A DNA stretch of 64,000 bases, taken from NCBI GenBank assembly GCA_030696455.1, contig JAUYSH010000120.1:42317-106316 (forward strand). The letters run 5' to 3'. How positions within the stretch are numbered: position 1 is the first letter of the stretch; each line of letters opens with the position of its first letter. This DNA comes from Elusimicrobiota bacterium (GTDB lineage Bacteria > Elusimicrobiota > Elusimicrobia > UBA1565 > UBA9628). The position numbers and the translations under genes were made by a program. Positions 9,060-18,230 of this stretch are shown in pieces. Under the pieces are notes generated by a model. The model made no database searches. It saw only the letters and a list, made by a program, of their open reading frames with translations, and was not told where the DNA came from.

Positions 9060-11123
9060 TCAGGTCAACCCCAGTCGCAATTCATCGGCGGATTCGATCG
9101 GCAGGCCGCAGGCCCGTTCCACGCACAAGTAGGCTCGTGCGCCGGCCCCTTCAGAGAACTCCCCGACTATCGGCATCGTCGCCGTCAACGCCGCCTTGTC
9201 GGCTCGCCGATAGGCGGCGAAAACGAGTCCCGGTCGAATCCGTTCGCGCACGACTCCCAGCAATTCCTTCCCTCCCGGCAGATCCACGTCGGCGATGATC
9301 AAGGTCCGCCTCTTCCCGGCCGCTCTGTCCCAAGCGGCCAAAAGAAAAGGCATCGCGAGCGGCCGCGAAGATAAGGAAGGCCCGAAGCGTTCTAAAGTCT
9401 CGTTCGCGAAACGATTGAAATCGTCGTTGCCGGTGAGCTCCCACAGCCGCAAGCACACATCGGCCATCACCGAACTCGGAGACGGTTCTACCCCGTCGTG
9501 GTTCTCGATCGCCCGCGTAAAAAGTTCGCCGCCGTCATTTTGGCCCGTCTGAAAGAGCCCCCCGCCGTCCGCCGCGAAGCGGCGAATGGTTTCCATCGCG
9601 AGGTCGTTCGCCCAAGCGATATGCTCGGGTTTCAAGGAGGCCTCATACAGCCCCAGCATCCCATACGCCATGTTCGCGTAATCATCCGCCATGCCGTTGA
9701 TCGCCTTTTCCCCGTCGCGCCATCGTCGCCGCAAGGCCTTTCCGTCAGGCGACGATAATTCGCGCCTGACGAAGTCCGCCGCTCCTTCCGCGAGTCCCAG
9801 ATATTTCCCGTTGCCGGTCGCGCCGTAAGCGCGCGAAAGCCCCGCGATCGCGAGCCCGTTCCACGAAGCCAATATCTTGTCGTCCAGCGCGGGCCTCGGC
9901 CGCTTCGCTCGTTCCTCGAACAGCGCGCCCCGCGCCTTCTCCGCGTCCCCCTCCGCCATCGCCCCCGGGTCCATGTCGTACAGCACGCACTTCCCGGCGA
10001 ACTCCCCCTGCGGGTCGGCCAGCGCGTTCGTCCCCTCGACCACGCCGTACCTCGCGCAGAACTCCGGAGCAGCGTTCCCTAAGACGGCCTCCACCTCGGA
10101 TCTCCGCCACAGGTAGAACGCCCCCTCCGCCTTATTCCCGTGGGGCTCATCATGCGGCAGGCTGTCGGCATCCTCAGCCGAATAGAACCCCCCGTCCGGC
10201 GCCCGCAGGTCCCGCTCGAGATACGCGATCGTCCGTTCGAGCGCTCGTAAAAGCTCGCCGTCATTCGTGACGATCACCGCATCCGCCAGATTTTCCACCA
10301 GCTGCGCGTTGTCGTACAACATCTTCTCGAAGTGCGGCACCCGCCACGCGTGATCCGTCGAGTACCGCGCGAACCCGCCCCCGAGCTGGTCGAAGAGCCC
10401 CCCCCGCGTCATCGACCGCAGCGTTTCCACCGCCATGCCCCGCGCGTCGGCGTTCCCGGTCCGCGCGTGCCTGCGCAGCAGGAAGCGGATGTTCGCCGGC
10501 ATCGGGAACTTGGGCGCCTCGCCGAAGCCGCCGTGCTCCGCGTCGAACGCCGCCCTCAGGGCGCGCTCCCCCGCCTCGAGCGCCGCTTCCTCGGGACGGC
10601 CGCGCGCCTCGGCGGAGGCGGAGGCGTAGGCCGTCACGGCGCGCGCCAGCCCCTGGGCGTCGTTCTCGATGTCGGCGCGCCGGTCCTTCCAGAGAAGGGC
10701 CAGGCGCTCCAACAGGCTCGTCCACGAGGGACGCCCGTAGCGCGAGTCCGGCGGGAAGTAGGTCCCCCCGTAGAACGGCTTGAGGTCCGGCGTCAGAAAG
10801 ACGTTCAGCGGCCAGCCCCCTTGACCGGACATCGCCTGCACGGCGGTCATGTACACCTTGTCGACGTCGGGGCGCTCCTCGCGGTCGAGCTTGACGCAGA
10901 CGAAGGCGCGGTTCATGACCTCGGCGACGGCGGGGACCGAGAAGCTCTCGTGCTCCATGACATGGCACCAATGACAGGTCGAATAGCCGATCGAGAGCAG
11001 GATCGGCTTGTCCTCGGCCTTGGCCCGGGCGAAGGCCTCGGGCCCCCACGGGTACCAGTCGACGGGGTTGTCCTTGTGCTGGAGCAGGTACGGGCTTTTC
11101 TCGGCGGCGAGGCGGTTGGCCAT
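9060..11123 (-). CDS. YyaL/SSP411-family thioredoxin-domain protein
   Basis: [60 protein letters not shown]. Start is ATG 11123, not the ORF-track start. Confidence 0.93.
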   Translation of the reverse strand: MANRLAAEKSPYLLQHKDNPVDWYPWGPEAFARAKAEDKPILLSIGYSTCHWCHVMEHESFSVPAVAEVMNRAFVCVKLDREERPDVDKVYMTAVQAMSGQGGWPLNVFLTPDLKPFYGGTYFPPDSRYGRPSWTSLLERLALLWKDRRADIENDAQGLARAVTAYASASAEARGRPEEAALEAGERALRAAFDAEHGGFGEAPKFPMPANIRFLLRRHARTGNADARGMAVETLRSMTRGGLFDQLGGGFARYSTDHAWRVPHFEKMLYDNAQLVENLADAVIVTNDGELLRALERTIAYLERDLRAPDGGFYSAEDADSLPHDEPHGNKAEGAFYLWRRSEVEAVLGNAAPEFCARYGVVEGTNALADPQGEFAGKCVLYDMDPGAMAEGDAEKARGALFEERAKRPRPALDDKILASWNGLAIAGLSRAYGATGNGKYLGLAEGAADFVRRELSSPDGKALRRRWRDGEKAINGMADDYANMAYGMLGLYEASLKPEHIAWANDLAMETIRRFAADGGGLFQTGQNDGGELFTRAIENHDGVEPSPSSVMADVCLRLWELTGNDDFNRFANETLERFGPSLSSRPLAMPFLLAAWDRAAGKRRTLIIADVDLPGGKELLGVVRERIRPGLVFAAYRRADKAALTATMPIVGEFSEGAGARAYLCVERACGLPIESADELRLGLT

Positions 11124-11494
11124 CAGCGGCCGCCGAGCGCGGCGCCGACGCGGAACAGCGCCAGGCCCGCCGCGACGCTGAGGAGCGCGTAGCCCCCGCC
11201 GCGCAGGGGCGCGACGCGCAGGAGGGCGTCGAGCTCGAGGATCAGGGCGGAGAAGGTGGTGAAGGCGCCGCAGAACCCCGTCATGAGCAGCATGCGCCCG
11301 TGCGTGCCGCCGAAGCCGCGCTTGGCGGCGGCCGCGTCGACGAACCCGATCAGCAGGCAGCCGCTGAGGTTGACGGCCATGGTGCCCCAGGGCAGCCAGC
11401 CCCCGAGCAGGCGGAACAGGCCGGCCGACAAGGCCCAGCGCGCGAGCACGCCCGCGGTCCCGCCCGCCAGAAGGGCGCCCATGCTCTCGATCAT
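11123..11494 (-). CDS. crcB: Fluoride channel Fluc/CrcB
   Basis: [11 protein letters not shown] and [10 protein letters not shown] signature; 4 TM. Confidence 0.93.
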   Translation of the reverse strand: MIESMGALLAGGTAGVLARWALSAGLFRLLGGWLPWGTMAVNLSGCLLIGFVDAAAAKRGFGGTHGRMLLMTGFCGAFTTFSALILELDALLRVAPLRGGGYALLSVAAGLALFRVGAALGGR

Positions 11495-11538
11495 GGAGCC
11501 ATTCTATCATCCTCATCGGGCGAATGATATAATCGCCC
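11495..11538. promoter_or_regulatory. Divergent extended -10 promoters for apparently leaderless crcB and radical SAM genes
   Basis: Plus strand TGaTATAAT (hexamer 11528-11533) 5 nt before ATG 11539; minus strand TGaTAGAAT (11506-11501) 6 nt before ATG 11494; no SD on either side. Confidence 0.65.
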
Positions 11539-12543
11539 ATGGCCGTCGACAAACGATTCGTCCTCACCGGCGCGAAGAGGGTCTTGGACTCCCGGCCCAT
11601 GTACGCCCAGGTCGTCGTCACCGACGACTGCAACCTGACCTGCTCCTACTGCGACGAGTACACCCCGGGCGCGCCGATCATCCCGCTCGAGACGATGATG
11701 GCGCGCATCGACAAATTGGACGAGCTCGGGGTTCTGGTCTACGATTTCCTGGGCGGCGAGACGATGATGCATCCAGGTATCGCGGAATTGGTCGCCCACG
11801 TGAAGTCCAAGCGCGGCGGCTCCAACCTGGCCACCATCATCACCAACGGGTTTCTGCTGACGAAGAAGAATATCCTCGATCTGAACGGTGCCGGTCTTGA
11901 TTTCATGCAGGTCTCGGTCGATACCCTCCATCCCACCGACTGGTCGGACAAGTCGTTGAAGTCGGTCCTGCCGAAGCTGAAGCTCCTCGCGGAGACGGCC
12001 AAATTCCAAGTCGAGATCCAATCGGTCCTCAACGAAGAGAACCTCCACAACTACGACGAATTCCGGTCTACTTTGAAGGACCTACCCTTCGCCTTCGGCT
12101 TCTCGATCATGCACGGCAAAGGCGGCCAGATCGCGATCAAGGGCGAGAAGTACCTCGCGCTGCTCGACAAATACGGGGTCTTCGAGGGCGTGAACTTCTA
12201 CGGCGAGCATCTCAAGGAGATGCTCGCGGGCGATTTCTCCCGCCCGTGGAAGTGCCTCGGCGGCTTCAAGTTCCTCTACGTGACAGCCGCCGGTTCGATT
12301 CAATGGTGCGCCCAGCAGCGCGGCGTCGCCTTCGACCTGATGACCGCGACCCCCGAGCGCCTGCGGACCAACGACGTGCACAAGCCCTGCGAGGCCGGCT
12401 GCTCCTTGGGCTGCGTGCGCATGGTCTCCCACACCCTCGGCGAGCCCCTCAAGACCTTCGGCGCCAGCGTCAAGCTCGCCATCGGCATGAGCAAACCGAA
12501 GGCCAAGGCCCCCGTGCCGGACAAATCCGCCGCCTTGGCCTGA
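11539..12543 (+). CDS. Radical SAM protein with C-terminal Cys-rich (SPASM/twitch-like) region
   Basis: [15 protein letters not shown]-terminal [15 protein letters not shown]. Confidence 0.9.
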   Translation: MAVDKRFVLTGAKRVLDSRPMYAQVVVTDDCNLTCSYCDEYTPGAPIIPLETMMARIDKLDELGVLVYDFLGGETMMHPGIAELVAHVKSKRGGSNLATIITNGFLLTKKNILDLNGAGLDFMQVSVDTLHPTDWSDKSLKSVLPKLKLLAETAKFQVEIQSVLNEENLHNYDEFRSTLKDLPFAFGFSIMHGKGGQIAIKGEKYLALLDKYGVFEGVNFYGEHLKEMLAGDFSRPWKCLGGFKFLYVTAAGSIQWCAQQRGVAFDLMTATPERLRTNDVHKPCEAGCSLGCVRMVSHTLGEPLKTFGASVKLAIGMSKPKAKAPVPDKSAALA

Positions 12544-12630
12544 CGCCGACGACTATCCTCAAGGATCGTTCTTAGACCCTCCGAAAAAAAGCCTGGCGGA
12601 TTTCGAGAGCACCTGTTAGACTGTTCTCCC

Positions 12631-13503
12631 ATGATCCTCGCCTTCGCCGCCGTTCTGCTGTCCGCGCCGGCCGCCGCGAACCCCGCGCTCGCGCCGTATC
12701 CCCGCTACGCGTCGGCGGCGGCTCGCGCGGAGGATTTCCCCCCCAACGCCAAGCTCCTGGGCGAGGCGGAGGACCCCCTCGCGGCGCTGACCGCCGAGGA
12801 TGACGACCTTCGGGACGCGCTGAACTCGCCCCCGTCCCCGGCGTGGCTGATGGGCGGCCTGCGCGCTTCGAACCCGGCCGACCGGCTCTCCGCGGTCAAT
12901 TCCGCCGCCGTTCCCCGCCACGTCTCCGCGGTTCCGTCGCTCTCGGCCGTGATGCTCCGCCTCGACGAGCTCCCCGAGATCCGCGCCGCCGCGGCCACCG
13001 CCCTGGGCCGCATCGGCGACGCGGTCGCCGCCCCCGCCCTCGGAGAGGCCCTCAACGACCCCGCTCCCGACGTCCGCTACGCCGCCGCCCTGGCCCTAGG
13101 CCGCATCCCCGCCGACGGCGCCGCGACCCGGCTGACGCGCGCCCTGCGCTCCGATACCTCCTGGTGGGTGCGCTACGCGGCCGTGCTGGCCCTGGGCCGC
13201 ACCAAGAAGGGCTTCGTGGTGGGCGCCCTCGAGGACACCTTGCGCCTCGAGCCGAAATGGCAGATCCGAATGCTCGCCGTCCGCTCCTTGCAGGACGTCG
13301 GCTCCCACCGCGCCGCCGAGGCCGTCGTCCTGGCCCTGCGCGACCGCGACAGCGGCGTGCGCACCGCCGCCGCCCTGGCCCTGGCCGATATCGGCGAGGA
13401 ATCCCACCTTCCCTTCCTGAGCGCGGCCCTCAAGACCGAGACCGACCTCTCCGCCCGCTCCGCCCAATCCGCCGCCTTCCGCCGCATCCTCGCCAAGCCT
13501 TAA
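12631..13503 (+). CDS. Exported HEAT-repeat protein
   Basis: Signal peptide; repeated VRYAAALALGRI-type units. Confidence 0.85.
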   Translation: MILAFAAVLLSAPAAANPALAPYPRYASAAARAEDFPPNAKLLGEAEDPLAALTAEDDDLRDALNSPPSPAWLMGGLRASNPADRLSAVNSAAVPRHVSAVPSLSAVMLRLDELPEIRAAAATALGRIGDAVAAPALGEALNDPAPDVRYAAALALGRIPADGAATRLTRALRSDTSWWVRYAAVLALGRTKKGFVVGALEDTLRLEPKWQIRMLAVRSLQDVGSHRAAEAVVLALRDRDSGVRTAAALALADIGEESHLPFLSAALKTETDLSARSAQSAAFRRILAKP

Positions 13504-14330
13504 TCGAGGACGCGGTCGAGCCAGGCGAGGAGCGGGGGGCGGTACCGGGAGGCGCGGGCGTAGAGGGCCTCGGTGTGGCCGGCGCTGTCGAGCTTCCAGA
13601 ACTCCTTCGGGCCGGGGGCCAGGTCGAAGAGCTTGCGGCCCTGGGCATAGGGGACGACGGGATCGTTCACCGCGTGGAGCACCAGAAGCGGCACCGGCTT
13701 GCGGCGGGCGATGAGGCGCTTGGGCGCCCAGCGGTCGGAGATCAGCAGGGTCGACAACGGATACTGGAAGAGCCAGGTCGGCCAGACGCTCCCGAGCTTG
13801 AGGCGGGCGGTCTCGCGGTAGGACGCGAAGGTCGAGTCGAGGATCACGCCGCGCACGCCTTCCCCCCCGTCGCGGTCAAGCGCCGCCAAGGCGAGCGCGC
13901 CGCCGAGGCTTTGTCCCAGGACGATCAGGCGCTCGCGCGAGCCGCCGGCGCGGCCGCGGGCCAGGCGCAGGGCCGCGGCCGAGTCCTCGACCGAGCCGTT
14001 CAGCGACTTTTTTCCGCCCGAGCCGCCGTAGCCGCGGTAGTCGAAGGTGAACACGTCGTAGCCCTCGCCCGCCAGCCAATAGACGAACAGGTAATGGCTG
14101 GTCATGTTCTCGCCGTTGCCGTGGAAGTGCACGATCACGCCCTTGGACGGCGTCTTGCGGGCGTTGAACCAGATCCCCAGCAGTTCCGTTCCATCGGCCG
14201 ATTTAAAGCGGGCCTCCTGCCAGTTCCCTTCCTCGCGGGTCGGGAGGTAGCGATGAACCTGGTCGGGCTGCAGGAAAATATTCGTGCACCCGGACAAAAC
14301 GATCGCGGTCAGGAGGATCAATCGTTTCAT
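13500..14330 (-). CDS. Alpha/beta hydrolase lipoprotein
   Basis: MKRLILLTAIVLSGC lipobox; HFHGNGEN, DYRGYG, GQSLGG nucleophile elbow, DPVVP, AGH. Start ATG 14330. Confidence 0.9.
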   Translation of the reverse strand: MKRLILLTAIVLSGCTNIFLQPDQVHRYLPTREEGNWQEARFKSADGTELLGIWFNARKTPSKGVIVHFHGNGENMTSHYLFVYWLAGEGYDVFTFDYRGYGGSGGKKSLNGSVEDSAAALRLARGRAGGSRERLIVLGQSLGGALALAALDRDGGEGVRGVILDSTFASYRETARLKLGSVWPTWLFQYPLSTLLISDRWAPKRLIARRKPVPLLVLHAVNDPVVPYAQGRKLFDLAPGPKEFWKLDSAGHTEALYARASRYRPPLLAWLDRVLD

Positions 14331-16219
14331 CAAAAGAAGAGGAAGAACATCGCTCCCGCCTCCTCGTCGGGCACGCGCCGGTCGAGGGTGACCCGGAATT
14401 CCGAGTTGCGCGTCAGGCGCACGGAGCTCGTCAGACGCAGCCTTTGGCGCGCCGCGGAGCGCCGGGCGTACTCGATATACGTCGCCTCGCCGAGGACGCG
14501 CCAGCGCGCGCTCAGGTCGACGATCACCCCGGCGGTGCCGCCCGCCCCGGCGCGCCAACCCAAGGGAAGAACGGGGCCGAAGCCGAAATCCGTTTCGGCC
14601 AGGGCGTAGTAAACCTCGCGCCGCAGCAGGCGGCTCTGCGCCGAGACGCCCATGCCGCCGTTGAGAGCGTAGTACATGCAGGCCGCACCCGAGCAGCCGA
14701 GCTCCTTGGCCTGGTCCACACCGGTGGAGAGCTTCCAGGACGGCTTGCGCACCCACGGGTCCAGCGGCGAGAGCGAGACGATGCTCGCGATGTCGAGCCG
14801 CTCGACATAGAGCTGTCGGTCGGCGTGGTCTATGCGCAGGCGCCCGGCGCCCATCTCGAGTTGGCTGTCGGGGATATAGCCCTCGTCGGCCGAGGAGAGG
14901 TCGTGCAGCGAGGGCCTCCAGGCCAACTCGGTGAACGAGCCGCTGCGCGCCACGCCGCCGCCGACGCCCGCGCGCGTCGTGTCATGGCCCGCCTCGAGCG
15001 GGGTGGGCCGCTCGACAGCGGCCGGGGCCGGGGGCAGGCCGAGGCGTCCGCGCGCGCGCAGCAAGGTATGGATGGCGGTCAAGGTCTCGGTGCTCTGCTC
15101 GAGGTAATACCCCTTGCGGTAGCGCAGGTAGTCGTTAGCGGACTCCAGGATCAGGGCCTGTCGGTCCTTGGGATAGGCCGTTACGCGCTTAAGGTCCGCG
15201 TCCGAGATCTCCCTTCCCAGCCGGGTGGCGAGAGCGAGCTCGTCGGCGGCCTGCCGCGCGCGCCTCGCCTTGATCTCGGAGACGAACGAGGGCCGGTACA
15301 GCGGAGGCGCGACGAAGCCCGGACGCTCCTGCAGCACCCGGACGGTGTCGCCCGGGATGACGCCCCAGAAGAAGCGGGAGCTGACCTCGAGGGTCTCGTC
15401 GGCCGCCTCGAGCAAGGTCAGCAGCTGGTAGGAGCAGTTCTTGGTGAAGAAGTAATAGTTGAAGTAAGTGCTGCCCATCTCCCAGCCGTGGCGGATAAGG
15501 TCGTCGATCTGGGCCGGCGCGAGGTTCAGGCGGTAGTCCCACAGATCGCGCATCTCGAGGCTGCCGTACTCCTGCGTCTTCATGTAAAAAGGAAGCAACG
15601 AGTATTCGCCCTTGAAAGAACCGTTGAGGCCCTTGAGCGTATAGATCAGGGCATTGCTCGTGTCCGGAGTGGCGGCGAAGTTGATCGTGTAGTCGAGCAA
15701 GGCGTCCCCGCCGCCGCGGCGGTGCAGGCGCAGGAAGGTGTGCCCGTACATCGAGGCGGGGTTGTTCAGGAAGGCGCTGGCGAAGACCACGGAGACGGCC
15801 TCCGCGTCGATGGCCCCCCTCCAGGCCTCGAAATCCGGGCAGGCGCGCTCAGGCAGGCGGGCCGGATCGAAGGCCAGCCTCTCCTTGAGCCACCGGTAGC
15901 GCGCCGGGAAACGGCACTGCGGGTGCTGGCCCTCGGCGGGCTCCGGCTCGAAAAAAGCCGCGAGAGCGGCCTCGAGTTCGGCCGCCGGGTCCGTCCGCCC
16001 GCCGGGGGAGAGGAAGAAGAGCGCCCCGTCGGCCTCGGAGCGCCAGCCCTTGCCCTTGGAGCGGTAGTGCAGGAGCTTGAGCCACTTGCGCTCGCCGGCG
16101 AGGCGGAGCTCGCGCGCCCGCGCGGCCAGCTCCCCCGCATAGGCGTCCCCCGGCGCGGCGGAGGCGCCGAGAGGGACGATGAGTAAGGCGAGCGCCAGGA
16201 GGACGCGAGGGGTCGTCAC
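14330..16219 (-). CDS. DUF4105-domain protein with probable C-terminal beta-barrel
   Basis: Signal peptide; CRFPARY, NPASMYGHTFLR, YYFFTKNCSYQLL, YRPS; beta-rich C-terminus ending in F. Confidence 0.85.
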   Translation of the reverse strand: MTTPRVLLALALLIVPLGASAAPGDAYAGELAARARELRLAGERKWLKLLHYRSKGKGWRSEADGALFFLSPGGRTDPAAELEAALAAFFEPEPAEGQHPQCRFPARYRWLKERLAFDPARLPERACPDFEAWRGAIDAEAVSVVFASAFLNNPASMYGHTFLRLHRRGGGDALLDYTINFAATPDTSNALIYTLKGLNGSFKGEYSLLPFYMKTQEYGSLEMRDLWDYRLNLAPAQIDDLIRHGWEMGSTYFNYYFFTKNCSYQLLTLLEAADETLEVSSRFFWGVIPGDTVRVLQERPGFVAPPLYRPSFVSEIKARRARQAADELALATRLGREISDADLKRVTAYPKDRQALILESANDYLRYRKGYYLEQSTETLTAIHTLLRARGRLGLPPAPAAVERPTPLEAGHDTTRAGVGGGVARSGSFTELAWRPSLHDLSSADEGYIPDSQLEMGAGRLRIDHADRQLYVERLDIASIVSLSPLDPWVRKPSWKLSTGVDQAKELGCSGAACMYYALNGGMGVSAQSRLLRREVYYALAETDFGFGPVLPLGWRAGAGGTAGVIVDLSARWRVLGEATYIEYARRSAARQRLRLTSSVRLTRNSEFRVTLDRRVPDEEAGAMFFLFF

Positions 16220-16230
16220 GCGGGAAATGA

Positions 16231-16263
16231 AGCGGGCGGGACGCCGAGGGCGCCCCGCCCGCT
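16231..16263 (-). terminator. Intra-operon GC-rich hairpin between the DUF3015 and DUF4105 genes
   Basis: AGCGGGCGGGACGCC-GAG-GGCGCCCCGCCCGCT: 15-bp stem, one mismatch, followed by TCATTT on the minus strand. Confidence 0.6.
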
Positions 16264-16281
16264 GATCATGAGTCGTCTCGC

Positions 16282-16773
16282 TTAGAGCGTCGCGAGCTTG
16301 GGGTTCACGGCCATCTCCGCGCGGAGGTTGCGCAGCATGGTCGCCGAGTCCGTGTTCGCCGAGGGGAACAGGGTCTCGTACTTCTCCTGGGTCAGCGAGA
16401 TGAAGGCCTTCTTGGAGGCCTCATCGTTGGCGCCCATGAGCGAGGCGAAGGCGTTGAGGTACTCGCCGCCGCCCTGAGCCATCTCGGTGGAGAGCTTCTG
16501 CAGGTTGACTTCCGCGTACGCGGCCTGCTTCTTCTCGTTGCGCACCCAGCCGCCCTTGACGTTGCAGCCCGCGGTCTCGGAGCTGATGCCGAAGGTCTGA
16601 GTGTAGGTCCCGTTGGTCGTCGCGCCGAGAAGGGCGAAGACCTTCTTGTCGAGCTTGCCCGCGAACAGCTCGGTGCCGAGTCCGCAGCCGATGTTCGGAT
16701 CGCTGCCGCCCGCCGCGTGAGCCGCGGAAACGAAAGACGTCAGAACCAACATCGCCAACAGTGCTTTTTTCAT
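16282..16773 (-). CDS. DUF3015-family exported protein
   Basis: GCGLG, GATTNGT..QTFGISSETAGC, MAQGGGEYL; SD AGGAG. Confidence 0.88.
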   Translation of the reverse strand: MKKALLAMLVLTSFVSAAHAAGGSDPNIGCGLGTELFAGKLDKKVFALLGATTNGTYTQTFGISSETAGCNVKGGWVRNEKKQAAYAEVNLQKLSTEMAQGGGEYLNAFASLMGANDEASKKAFISLTQEKYETLFPSANTDSATMLRNLRAEMAVNPKLATL

Positions 16774-16880
16774 GTTTTCTCCTGTTTACGGAAACGACGC
16801 GTGCGCCGGGATTAGTCTAGCCCCGGCGTTCAAGCTTGTCAAGAGCGGCCGGGCGCCAATTCGGCGTCGAAAAAACAAAG

Positions 16881-17564
16881 CTACCAGCCTTCCTCCCTGG
16901 CCGGATACGCGGCGTCGAGGTTCGTCGTATCCTCGATCGTTCCCGCCTCGGCGTCCATGTTCCAGTTGAGCTTACGCGTCCAGTCGTAGGCCTTCGGCTT
17001 CGTCAGATCGAGGCCGCCCTTGATCATCACCCCGGTCCCCGCCTCCACCAGCAGGCCTTTCTCGGACTTGTCCGTGGTGACCTCCACGGCGCCCGCGTTG
17101 ACGCAGAGCCAAAGGTCCTTGGACTTACCGCGGGGACGCCCGTATGCCGTGAAGAACTCGGTGCCGCGCACGGCGGCGACCGCGGACGGCGTGCGGATGC
17201 GGAAGCCGCGGCCCGCGGTCTGCTTCGCGATCTTGGCGAACACGGAGCCGGCGGACAGAAAGGCCGTGGTTTCCCGGATCTTCCCCTTCGGCAGTTCGAC
17301 GGCGACCCGGCTCCCCGCGCGCAGCTTGAGGCGCGAGCCGTCGGGCAGGGCGATGACCGCCACGGACTTCTCCGCGGTCGCCACCGCGTCGCCCGGAGCG
17401 AGGCGCGCCCCGGCCTTCCCGGGGCGCGCGCCGGACTTCGATTCGATGGTGACGGCCCCCCACGCGTGGACCAGGCGCGCCGGGCCGCCGGGCTCGGCGG
17501 CGAGGACGGACCCCGCGGGGAGCACGACGGCCGCGGCGAGAAGAAGTCGGATGATGGAGGTCAC
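16881..17564 (-). CDS. FecR-domain exported protein
   Basis: Signal peptide; LAPGDAVAT, LPDGSRLKL, FRIRTPSAVAAVRGTEF. GTG start at 17564 inferred. Confidence 0.85.
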   Translation of the reverse strand: MTSIIRLLLAAAVVLPAGSVLAAEPGGPARLVHAWGAVTIESKSGARPGKAGARLAPGDAVATAEKSVAVIALPDGSRLKLRAGSRVAVELPKGKIRETTAFLSAGSVFAKIAKQTAGRGFRIRTPSAVAAVRGTEFFTAYGRPRGKSKDLWLCVNAGAVEVTTDKSEKGLLVEAGTGVMIKGGLDLTKPKAYDWTRKLNWNMDAEAGTIEDTTNLDAAYPAREEGW

Positions 17565-17578
17565 CCGCCGGCCCCCCG

Positions 17579-18172
17579 CTACTTCTTGGCCGGGGCCTTG
17601 AGGACGGCCTCGATGTCGAGGGTGATCGCGACCTCGTCGCCGAGCATCACGCCGCCGGCGTCGAGCGCCTTGTTCCAGACGATGCCGAAGTCCTTGCGGT
17701 CGATCTTGCCCGTCGCGGAGAAGCCGACGCGGATGTTCCCCCACGGGTCCTTGGTCGTGCCGCCGACCTCGAGGTCGAGGACGACGGGCTTGGTGACGCC
17801 GTGCATGGTCAGGTCGCCATGGAGCTTGGCGGTGTCGTTCTTGATGTTGGTCACCTTGGTGGACTTGAAGGTCATCGTCGGGAAATACTCCACGTCGAAG
17901 AAATCCGCGTTCCTCAGGTGGCCGTCGCGCTTCTCGTTGTCGGTGTTGATCGAGGCCGGGTCGATCGCGGCTTCGACCTTCCACGACTTCGGCTTGTCGG
18001 ACTTATACTCGACGGTGCCGGAGAATTTGGTGAAGCGTCCCGGGACCTTGCCGACGAGGTGGCGGATGCGGAAGCCGACCTGGGAGTGAGACGCGTCTAT
18101 CTCATAGGTTTCGGCGCGGACGGCGGGCGCGGCGACGAAGAGAAGGGCGGCGAGGGCGAGGGACTTGCGCAT
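17579..18172 (-). CDS. yceI: YceI-family lipid/polyisoprenoid-binding protein
   Basis: YEIDASHSQVGF, SINTDNEKRDGHLRNADFFD, GDLTMHGVTKPV, DRKDFG; SD AGGAGGT. Confidence 0.95.
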   Translation of the reverse strand: MRKSLALAALLFVAAPAVRAETYEIDASHSQVGFRIRHLVGKVPGRFTKFSGTVEYKSDKPKSWKVEAAIDPASINTDNEKRDGHLRNADFFDVEYFPTMTFKSTKVTNIKNDTAKLHGDLTMHGVTKPVVLDLEVGGTTKDPWGNIRVGFSATGKIDRKDFGIVWNKALDAGGVMLGDEVAITLDIEAVLKAPAKK

Positions 18173-18201
18173 GGTGTGACCTCCTGTGCTGATGTGGCTA
18201 T

Positions 18202-18230
18202 ATGTAACAGATTTGATTACATCTTGTCAA
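18202..18230 (-). promoter_or_regulatory. yceI promoter with palindromic operator
   Basis: TTGACA at 18230-18225 (minus strand); inverted repeat ATGTAA-N9-TTACAT at 18202-18222 immediately downstream. Confidence 0.55.

Noticed and set aside
9060..11633. Long N-terminal extensions or fusions in the ORF track (yyaL, hemA 41713-43617, cupin 28005-29786, FecR 16881-17984)
   Set aside because: The extensions run through neighbouring genes in another frame; family N-termini and coupled starts lie downstream.
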